Program-made: the position numbers and the translations under genes
Shown: positions 1 to 10,600 of the stretch, in pieces
Layout of the letters: each line of letters begins with the position of its first letter
How positions within the stretch are numbered: position 1 is the first letter of the stretch
Assembly: GCA_000708835.1 (NCBI GenBank)
Contig: DF237069.1
Span: forward strand, 1-64,000
Reading direction: 5' to 3'
DNA from: Klebsormidium nitens
Taxonomy: Eukaryota > Plantae > Klebsormidiophyceae
Length of the DNA stretch: 64,000 bases
Notes under the pieces: model-generated
Databases searched by the model: none
Told to the model about the DNA's origin: nothing
The model's input: the letters and a program-made list of their open reading frames with translations, nothing else

Positions 1-515
1 GAAATGAGACCATGTTAACCTCCCACGCCGGCCGGGCCCTATATCGACACCGCTCGGCGCCCGGCCGAATCACTTCCGCGCTACACACCCAGCAGGGGGG
101 TCCCGGCCCGAAATTCCTCTACGGTACATGGGCCAACATACCGGCACATTGACGGTTCTCGCCTCCGGAGAGACGTGCCGGCCGCTATCAAGGCCGTCGA
201 TACGCCGCTTGGCACGCGCGAGGAATCTGGGCCGTAAAAATTATGCTGTTCATCAGATGGTGAGCCCCGCGCAAAGCGAAGCGTTACCTCGGACGTCCGA
301 GGTAACGCTTCGCTTTGCGCGTCTGATCCGTCTGAAACTTTGATAGTAGGGCGACTACCGCATGCTCAGAGTTCGAGGGTCTCAAAACATACCCAATCCT
401 GATGCTCAGCAGCAGAGATAAGGGGGGGCAAATTTGGCGCATGTGTGGAAGCGTTCTGAGCTGCTCTTTTACAGCTGAGGAGGAGAGCCATCATGATACC
501 TCCGATGAAGTCAAC

Positions 516-3326
516 ATGAACAGGTTTCAAAGGTTCCAGAAGGCAGCTGAGGCTGATCCTTTTGCTGTGGAGTCGCTGAAAGTCTTGAAACCAAAGGCCT
601 CCAATACTGGGCTGGCAACTGATCCACAACAGACGGCACGCCAAGTTGAAGGACAAAATGATGGAAAGCTAGGAGTTGTAGCAGGTCGTGAACATGGGGC
701 AACGAACGGGCCTCAGACAGGTAAGTCGAGAAAATTTTGTGGCCACCAGTCAGGGGTCATTGGCAATAGTATATAGCAGCATTGCCCGAGTCTGGAGCAG
801 ACCGGTCGGAAGAAGCAGAATCGACATAATGCACTTGGTCCCTTCCACCTTGGTCATGGATATGACGCACAGTCGCTTGAATTCACAGAGCAGAAAGTGT
901 TGGTATCCTCCGTGCGTCACAGTGTTCTGATAACAGGGATCGTGGGCAACAGCTTTCAAGCTCCTTCCGCTTTAGGAACTCATTGATTACTTTTCTTTGA
1001 TAAGTTGGCGAGTCACTCTACTTGCTGCCTCCCTGCACCCCGCGAATCAGTCCCTGGTAAGCGTTCATTTGGAAAAGGCATTGATCAACGTGCTTGCGTG
1101 CAGTCACTGGCTCCACTAGTACCACCGTTGGGGGAGGCGCCACCACTTTTGAGTCTCCCGACTGGGCAACCGAACCACGTCCGGGAGCGTTTTTCCTGGA
1201 GGTGATGAAAGACGGGGTGGGCATCGACCAGCTGCCTCTGGACCGGAGAGCGACCGTCTTCGGCCGGCAGGCGCCGCTGTGCCACTACGTTTTGGACCAC
1301 CCGTCCGTGTCGAGACAACACGCGGCGCTCGTGTACCATAAGAATGGCAGGTACGGAGAGCGCAGTCCCTGCTATCCTTGGTTCCACTGGAAGCAGCACG
1401 ACCTGTCTTGCTGCCTGATCTTGGAAAGTTCATGTCCCCCACTTCCAAGCAAGCGTTCCAAACCTATGCACGATAGACGAATTGACTCTTCACGATAGCT
1501 GTGGGGATCGGACGCTCTTCTAGGCTGCTCTTGCCATCCTCTTTAAAGTTTGTGGACAAGTGCATGAAGTCCTCAACCTGTCTCAAGGACATGTCTTCCT
1601 CTCAAACTATGCGTATCACTCCTCCAGCATGTCTGGATCAGAACAACCGGCAGTCTCTTGGCAAAAACCTTAGCTTTTAAGGTTAATATTTCTCAACGCT
1701 CTGGAAGCTTCTGTCGCCACGGATAACCCATAGCCTATCTGCCCAGAAGCGGCACGTCGAACCGTGCCCCTCTCTCTATTCCCCTTTCATTATTCGTTTT
1801 AGTATACCCGAACCTATCATTTTGGACTCCAGTTTGTACATATAGCAGTTAGTGGCCCAAACTCGCTTAATCCAAGATTATGAAGAACATGGGAAGTGGT
1901 TTATTCTTGTCTAGTAACTCCCTGTCCTTCCCACTCTAGTTTCTACGTGGTCGACATGGGCTCCGCGCACGGGACATTTGTCTCCAACGAGCGCCTGCGA
2001 AAAGACAGCCCTGTTGAGATCGAGCCTGGCCAATCGGTCACGTTCGCAGCCTCGACTCGGTTGTACATGCTCCGGAAAGCCAAGCCGGATGCTGAAGGCG
2101 GGGGGCCCCGGCTACGCGACTCGGCAACGCCTCCCGTCGAAATGCCATCTCCGCCCGATCCTGCAGACACAGAAGCCGTTGTTGCATACCATACTCTCGT
2201 GAACAGGTAAGGGCAGACTATTACTTCTCGATCGACTTCATTTTAGACTGTTCGACTCCTTGTCCTTTCTTATTGATAGAAATCGGAGGTTGGTACCTGA
2301 TTCCGGTGCCTTATCTGAAACTCTGATCAGACATTGTCTGGCAGCCCTGCACTGACAGCTCGTCACATCTGCCTTGGACAAGTCCTGCCCGAAACCGTGC
2401 CGTTCTGGTGGCTGGCGGAACTGTTGGAGCGAGAGTGTGCGGAACGGACTCTTTTTTGTTCAATGAAGTACTCTGTCACTGTAATCAAAGCACGAGCGAG
2501 ACCGGTGGTATACGAAACATTGAAGCCTAGTTTCCCAACTGTGTTTGAGCCCGGTCCGTTTAAGAGGGCTGCTGACCAAGGGTTCAGCTTCGAGACAACG
2601 TCCACTGCTTTAACAACAATCCCGACCTTCAAAATCAGCCCCGCGTTCCTCTTCAACCTTCGACTTACCTTCGTTCACACTTGCTGAAGGCACGGGTACG
2701 ATTCTCCCTTGAACGCCGAAAGGCTCCCTGAAAGAGAGCCGCCCGACAAGGGGCCGTCCAGCGACGAGCGTCCGGATGACGGACCAGCTCCGGACGAAAC
2801 GACGGACGGCCGCCCGACCAAGCGGCAAAGGATGCGAAGCAGAGTTTCGTTTAGCGATCAGTACGGAGGGGCTCTCGCCCAAGTCGTGGGCGTATCTGAC
2901 GGTGCTGACGTGGACCGTGTCGGGCCAGTAGGCGTCCCCGAGGGCCAGGCACTAACCGGGAAGTACGCTTCACTTGTAGAGACGGTAATCGAGCCGTTGC
3001 CAAAGAGGAGTGTCGCATCTCCGAAGCAGCCCCCTGCTGTGTCGGATAAGTTGAAACAGTATCTTAGCTTGTCGAAGGGGTTATATGGGGATTTACCAGC
3101 CCCCAGTACGAGCGAGGCGAGCGGCAGCTCTGGTGGGGCACCAAAAGAGACTCGGAGAACGGCTTCGTTTGAAGCCTCTTCCGCAGCTGCCTCGCCCTCC
3201 GCTCAGCCTCGGGATGATCCTGTTTTTGGAGATGACGATGATATTTTCGAGAACAGAATAGGGGCGCAGACAGATGGTACAAACAGGGAGGCGTCAGGTT
3301 CGTTGTCAAAACCCTCAAGACCGTAA
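516..3326 (+). CDS. NIPP1: FHA-domain PP1 regulatory protein, plant NIPP1/PPP1R8-like, ~451 aa; exons 516-720, 1104-1350, 1940-2206, 2690-3326
   Basis: GT-AG junctions join in frame. FHA core VFGRQ...LDHPSVSRQHA...SFYVVDMGSAHGTFV. PP1-docking RVxF motif RVSF at 2841-2852. PDWATEPRPG and EAVVAYHTLVNR match my recollection of the plant NIPP1-like protein. Confidence 0.88.
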
Positions 3327-3780
3327 CGATCTTTCTGCTCTAGAGCGTCAGCATCCAGGTTGAATGACAAGTTTTGTTTGCATGATTAATGGGCCAGCTT
3401 CAAATGCGTTCGCCTAGGCACGTACATGTGCGAGAGTACACATGTCGTGCTGGCCATTTCAAGACCCTGCTTTGCAATCGGGAATTTTCAATCAGCTTAT
3501 CCGGGCCAAGGCGATCCAATCATTCACCGCATCAGGTTTCAATAATAACTGAGTTGAGTCGAATCACCAACTGAGCCACTGGAACTTCGGAAGCGATTCT
3601 AAATAGAGCATAATTGTACGTTCAATGCTCAGAGATCTAATGTGACCCCAATGCATCGTAGCTTCGTACATAGCATGTCTACATGGACGTAGGCTTTGCG
3701 GCATTGACGTCAGGAGATTCATGCTAAGTTCGGCGCGAAACTTCATCAGATTCTGCAAATAATCCTCAAGTCGTCGCGGC

Positions 3781-4200
3781 CGTTGCATGACATGGCCGGG
3801 CCGGCAGTACATGCCATGGCCTAGCTAGCTTGCAGCTCGATCTGGCGGCCACGTATACGGTACTGGCGCCGGACCTTACATGCGCATCGCCGCACAAGCG
3901 CTGTGCGGTGTATATGTCCCAAATTAACTTGTTCGATGATCCGGATCGATATCGGCCGTACACATGATGCATCGGACGCTGTTTCAAGATATATTCTCAC
4001 GTGTAAAGATGTAGTGGCGATCGCATGGCAATCGATGCAATGCTGCAAAATCGCGATACACTGAGGTGGACTGCGCCCCTGGTCACGCGGCACCTAAGAT
4101 GTTCTCATGGCCGTCTGGACTCGTTTGCATGGCCGCGCGCCATACGTACACCATTTCTTCGAGCTAGAGTCTTACATGCTCTACTGCAATCAGGCCCAGG
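3781..4200. other. Intergenic block dense in short palindromes, between convergent NIPP1 and CRR6
   Basis: Manual count of about 71 four-base palindromes in 420 bp versus about 26 expected for uniform composition. All 16 possible 4-mer palindromes occur within 3781-4060. Confidence 0.75.
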
Positions 4201-4306
4201 TCCAAGAGTCTACCTTAATTGCTCTGAGGAGATCTAAACGCCAACGGAGATCCATATAAGCCTCGTGCGCAAGCGACAAGACTTCAAAATTTTCAAATAT
4301 TTCGAG

Positions 4307-6680
4307 CTAGAACGGAACATAGTCACCACTCGAACCCCTTGGAGGAGGAGGGGGTGGGGGGAAGTCCGATCCGCCTCCTACTTGCAAATCGTCGTCTTTT
4401 CTACGTTCTGCCAAGACTTTCGGGTCTGCAGTCCCCTCGAGAATGTCAAACATGAGCGACTCAACCTTGAATCCCAGCATTTTCAGCATGTCTCGACACT
4501 TCAGATCTGGTCGGCTGAGGCCGTTGTCCTTCATCCACTTGTAACCATGGAACATCTTGTTCATCACAAAAAGCTCCAACGCCTCGGGGTTGAAGACGAG
4601 GCCCTCCCGTTTCGTCATCTGATGAGGGACAAGCATGGCTGCGTACCGAGCCCATTCTCCAGCCTGCAAGGAAGCAGATTGGATGTTACAAGAAGCTTCT
4701 TCCGAGCACAGGGCAGATACGCAATCTGCCTGCTCGTGGATACAGAAAGCAGCACAACAGATGCATGCAGCTTGTAGAATACACCGCTTTTGTTATTTTT
4801 GTCGTGCACTCCGTCACCACAACCCATCTTCAGGCATGGCTCAAAAGAAAACCTTTTTTGGGTCCTTTTCTCCCTCCAAGTTCAAGAGGCTTTTTCCTCA
4901 ACACATCGGGTGCACGGGGAGGGCAGGAGAAGCTCTCAAGGGTCATGGAGAGCGCTTACCTTCCAATCTAGGACCACCGGTAGCCAGGGGTACTCTGCAT
5001 CTAGCCGAACGAACCACAGCCGGATGTCGGGGTACTCAGACAATTCGCGAGGGTCTAGAGGGTTCGCTGGCTGGTAGTCTATTTGGAAACCCACGGTTCG
5101 CTTCATCAGTTCCTCGACCCCTTCTGAGGGCCCGCCTGCAAAGGTGTAGACGGATCCATGATTTTTCATGACGAACAGTGATTCAAGCTCTTATTTAAAA
5201 CCTATCTTTTACAAGAATCTGTTGTCTCGTCTTCAACAACCTGGCCGGCATGTGTCTGCAAATGATGCACACTGAGGGCCAGGTTTGGTGATCAAGCGAT
5301 CCCGCTCTGGCTTTCTTGCAGAAGAGTGTTTTGCACGTGGACATTGATGGTGTCAAGTATGGAGTCAACAAGACAAGACAATGATTGGCAGTAGTTCTGA
5401 CCGTCACGGAACAAAGGGAATGGGTGCTGCAGACATCGTCAGAATCGTGTAGGCAAGTTGGCCAAACTCCTCACCCAGAGGAGTCGTCCTGAGACATCAG
5501 CAATCTAGTATTCTGGTCCAGAGAGGCCGATTGTTGCTTTTCATGTACCATCCTTGAGACAATCCCGTTGAGTTGTGCCTTCAGTTCCAAGATTCATCAA
5601 ACTGTCCGAAACTTTCCTGCTCTGAATGTGGATAGTAGCTCTCCCAAATGCAAACTTCGAAGAATTTCAATCGCAGCGCAGAAGGACAAAACGTAGTGCT
5701 CACCAGGCCCACCCAAGAACGGCTTCAAGACTTCATCAGCAGGAGTGAGGTCCAGAATCTGCATGATTTCATTGTTGATGCGGATCTCAACACGGCCGGT
5801 TGTCGGGGGAGGGGCAGGCACAACATTCGGCCCAACTGCGAGCAGAAGGACAAGAAGCTGACTTTCAAACGCAAAGCCAAGTCAATATTGCAAACAAGCA
5901 TAAGATGGTGAGGGGAGTGACTGCAACCATTTCTTAGTAGACACCATCTTCTATATGTCAAAACAATGATTTCAATTGTTTCTAGGATTCTTTTGGCTGG
6001 CCCCAAAACATCGAGTCTGAAAGGGACTCAACTGCTTTCTCAAAGGGTTTCCTTGTGATTGCAAATAATCTAAAACCACATCAGCGGCTGTGGGGCCACT
6101 GCAAACTTTCCACATGTGTGCCACTAAGAAACTTTTATAGCACGTCCTCTTCCCAGGTAGAACTGGTGATACCAGTGATCGGTCTGTTTCCAGCATTCGT
6201 ATTCGCAGTGATCGTTCTGTTTCCTGCATTGACTTTTACCCCTTTGCTCGGACGTTAACGAACCGCTCTTTTGTGGCGAAGGATGTCACGAAACACAGAG
6301 CTGACCCGTCGGTCCGCCAGTCATTGGTGGAACTTTGGAGCATGAAAGAATATCACCATCTGAAGTCCCACTGCATCACTGCTGGCAGACAAAAAAGTTG
6401 TCCCACCTTCATCACCAAACGCCTCCAACTGTGCCCGTGCTTTGCCACCGACGGATCGCCTCCTGGCGGTCCCGAACTTCTGGCTGCTAGAAAGACCTCG
6501 TTTGTGGTCTGCTACAGTGGTGTGCGTTTGGAATGACTCACTGAGGGGGCTTGCGAACGGGGTTGCAGGAAGCAGTCTATCACGAATGCTTCTTTGACAG
6601 CGCCTACAATCGCCTGCGGCTGCACCACTGAATGCAGCGGAGAGACGGCCATAGTGCAAGGCTGCAGCTGAGGTCTCCAT
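4307..6680 (-). CDS. CRR6: Chlororespiratory reduction 6 (plastid NDH assembly factor, DUF1817), ~312 aa; exons 6680-6407, 5835-5704, 5135-4960, 4663-4307
   Basis: Spliced product contains DPRELSEYPDIRLWFVRLDAEYPWLPVVLDWK-AGEWARYAAMLVPHQ...FNPEALELFVMNK, the characteristic CRR6 core. Exon 1 is a Ser/Arg/Ala-rich, transit-peptide-like segment. Phases are consistent; exon 1 boundaries are less certain. Confidence 0.9.
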
Positions 6681-7651
6681 CCAGTGTATCAAAAGCAATG
6701 CCAACTCACAAGTAAGGGGGCGCCAATGTGGACGCTTTTGAATGTTTGGCGACCAAGTTGGAAGAACCACCACACAAATGTAAGTTGTCAGAAGTATGAC
6801 AAAAGGAGAAGAGCACCAACGAAGGAGCCTGTCAATACTCCTCCAGATCCTAAGCGACAGCCCACATTTCCGATTTGAAACGGCGCTTGGAAGTCTGCCG
6901 CACTTTATTCACATATTGGTGTGCAAAAAAAGAACTTTCAAATGGAAAAGCAGCAACAAGCTCGCCCTGTGCGCAGAAGCTGGCAGCTTAACCAATTCGA
7001 TGAACAGAGAGCGCCCAAGTTGATGACAAATGAGAGCACTTCTGATGGAACCCATGCAGGGTGGTCAAGATTTCTGAACAGACGAGTGGCCACGTTTGGA
7101 ATTGAATTTGTAGCAGAGGCTAGCTAGCTCTGCAAATAGCTGTGGTTCTGCCAAATCTGGATTTCTTCCAGATTGCGGCGCAAACGTTACACTGCGCTGC
7201 CCTATGGTCAGTCCCCAAAAGGGGACCCGGTAGATGTGGTCCGGCTGTTGGTGAAGTGCTAACCGGGGTACGTGACTCCGAGCTTCCGTCATGTGCGCGT
7301 CCCGATTGGTCGAGAGAAAAGGTAACGCTGCTCAAAAGTGCTCGAATCAAAAAGTCGCTGCTCGGGAAAGTCAACAAGGACAGGTTCCAACTTTCATGGT
7401 GCATGCACACACAACTTCTCGGGCTGCATCATGGCGCATTTGAGCTCGTTTCGGAAGCAAGAAGCTTGTACACAGCGCCTCAAGGACGGAGGTTTGAAGT
7501 AGTTACACGGGTTGTGAGAAGCGCTTGTGGGCTCTGAGCTGTTTGTTGAACCCAGCTTTCGGCGTCGCAGAAGAAGCGGTTAGGTCTCTTTGCATTGCAG
7601 CTCCATCAGGGCAATGATCGAGCGGGGCGGGTTTAGAGAGACTTTCAAGCA
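6681..7651. promoter_or_regulatory. Divergent CRR6/URT1 upstream interval (~970 bp), probable shared promoter region
   Basis: Start codons at 6680 (-) and 7652 (+) face away from each other. Positional inference only; no specific elements identified. Confidence 0.4.
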
Positions 7652-10600
7652 ATGAATCAGTACCCTGGGGATGGGTACCCGTCCTATGGTTATCAGGGCA
7701 GGCGCCTGACTTCCCCCCAACAAGCAGGCCAGCTTGATGGTGGCATTCCCAATGGCGCTGGAGGCAATGCCTCCTATCAGCCCGGTTCCGCCTATGGCCA
7801 GGGGCCAGGTTATGGTAACCCGAGCGGCATCTCTGGGGACAGCGGGGCGACGCTCCTGCGACTCCTGCGGAGGGGGGAGACCCTCGGCCAAGAAGATGCA
7901 GTCAAGACTGCCGCTGCGCAGCAGAGGTACTCTGACCTCGACTATCTGACCTCGGCCGAGCAGCGCAAGTCCCCGGGTCCATGGTTTGGCCAACCGGACC
8001 CCGCGGTTGCCGCCATTGGGCCGAGCCGGCCGTCGTACCAGCCGTTCATGGGGGGTGCACACCGGCCCTCCGAGAACGCGAATGGCAGCCAGCAGACCTG
8101 GCAGGGCCCCCCGGATGCACGTCGGCAGAGCTTTGAGGGGGGGGGTCCCTGGTCAGCTGGCATGCACCCCCTGCGAGGCGAGCATTGGAATGGGGGGGAT
8201 GGGTTGGTGGCGAGTGGGAGGTCGCAGGCAGTGCTGCAGAGGCTGGACACATTGCAGCGACTGCCGTCGGATATCTTTGAGGATGGGAGCGGAGACTTGC
8301 TCAGAATGCTGCAGGTGAGGGATCTTTGCTCCTTTGGCGCTCATTCTAGGCGTTCTTACGCATGGTCTGCTTTTACATGTTGTCATTTGGCAAGCTGCTG
8401 GAAGATGTATGAACTGCTTATTTGTCCGGCGTCAATGTTCCTGTTACTTGGTAGCATTCTAGTGATCTGTAATGGAGCTGCCTGCCTGTACAACGTTCTC
8501 AGGGTGACCTTTGTTCACCTCTCTCTCCCGTCCCCTCTCTTGTGGGTTATGCGTCCAGGGACCGAAACGCATCAGCTTTAGCATAAATGTCAAACGTACC
8601 ACCTGTTAAATATACCACCATTTCTGAACGATCTCTGACAAACCCCTAATCCACCCAGGGCAACCAAGATGCAGCATCCGCAACTCACGCACCTCCCAGG
8701 CCGGCTCCAAAGTCGAGCGGCCCATCCTCCGATGACGCCGTCTACCAGCCCGGGGGTCTGCCCCGGGGGCAGTTCCACCACCCCGCGCCCGAGCCCATCG
8801 GGCCGCGGTCAAACCCCCCGCCCGAGGTCCTGGGAGACATCTGGGCTGCGACGGAGAAAGAGAGCAAGGAGTGGGGCAAGGGTGGGGGGGTCAGCATCCC
8901 CGGTGCCCAGCAGGAAAAGTCCACCCCCCCGTTTCAGCAGAGCCTGTCCTTTGGGCGCTGGCAATCGGTGGCCGCTTCCGTGCTGGACAACGACCCGCTT
9001 CCGGGGGAGAGGGTGCCGTCGCCACAGGCCGCTGCGAGGCGAGTCCCCAGCCAGCGGACGAGCTTCGAGGAGGATCTGGCGCGCAGGGGGGGCCTGGGAC
9101 CGGGGGGTCCGCTGGGGACTGTGGAAGAGCGCCCGATGGGGGGGCAGCGGAGCTCGTTTGACGAGCAGTATGCGCGTTATGGTAAGGACCGGCATTTGTG
9201 TGGCCTTTCCTGTGTCCATGTTGCCGTCTGCGAGGGCAACTGAGCTAGGAATCACGTTTGGTGCCAGAAACTGGTTAAAACTCAAGATTGCCACTGTGGA
9301 TATCCTGCCACCTGTGCCAGCTGTGGAAGCAAGCAGCCAGGTGGCACATTGATCCAAAGAGGCCCTTGATGAGACACCTACTGCAACTTCTAAATTCTGA
9401 AAAAGTTATCTTCCAAATGTCATTGCTGTGTTGGCTCTTGTTGACCTCAACAAGTCATATGGTTGAAATCTTGACGAAGTTGGATGCACTTGATGCTTCC
9501 CTTCCAGCACGTTCTGTGATTCAACTGGCGACTGTACTTCCAGGTTGAGACACCAATTTTTTGACTGTAAAATGTGTCTTTGCTGACCCTCCTCTCACCT
9601 TGCTTGCAGCGGAGCAGGTCGCGATGCAGGCCCAGAGCGAGTACTTTTACGCGCAACAGCGGCGCCTCGCGCAGGCGCAGATGGAGCTCTTTTATCAGCA
9701 GCAGGGTGGCGCCCCGAACCGCTCCGCGCCTGGTTCCGGCCGTAGCTCTCGCAGCAACAGCAAATCCCCCCTCCGGCAACCCCGTGGCAAAGGGCCCCGC
9801 TGGCCCGAGTACGACACACCGCCAGGCGGGTTCTCCCAGTATGACCTGCCGCTCAAGCCAGGACAGGGCCTCGGGTACGACGACCCGCTGTATTGGCAGT
9901 CGCAACATGGTCCTCGGGGGCCCTTCAAGGGAATGCACGGGCAGGGGCCTCAGGGGCACTTCCACGAGAAGCCGGGGGCGGGTCCAATGCAGCAGTGGGT
10001 TAAGGTCGGCGACCCGGGCGTAAACCCAGGGTTAGGCCTCGGGCAGCATCTGGCAAAGGCGAACTACGGGGGTGCAAGAATGGAGGGCCCCGACGGGTTT
10101 GGCAGCTTCAGTTTTCCTGTGACGGGGGATCCGAACGGGGGGCAGCGGTTGCAGCATTCGGACAATTCGGGGGGGAGTGGCGAGGGAGGCCACCACCCCA
10201 AGGGGGGGCGCAAGACCCCCAAGAACCGCACCCCCAAGGGAACGCCCAAAGGGACGCCGACCGGGTCACCGCTCCGCAGCAGGCGGGGGGACAGCAAGTC
10301 GCCGCTGAAGGGGCGGGACGGGAAGGAGGAAGGCAAAGAAGGGGGGCGCGGGCGGCGAGGCGAGAGGGAGCCGCAGAAGCCCAAGAGCCACATGGAGTGG
10401 CGGCAGAAGTCTCCCACCCCCCCAAAAGAAGATGGCCCGACGCCCCCCGAGGGGGTGACTCCGCAGGGCCCGACGCCCCGTGCGCAGTCGCCGGAGCGGG
10501 CCGTGGCTGACGCTGACGTCAGCAAGGGCGAGCCGGAGGAGGGGAAGACAGACACCGAGTTCCTGCATGCGCTGGTGCGCCAGCTGTCTCTGGCGGAACT

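Noticed and set aside
8669-9352. 227 aa alternative-frame ORF suggesting a frameshift in URT1 exon 2
   Set aside because: The frame starting at acceptor 8659 is open to the donor at 9181, so no shift is needed.
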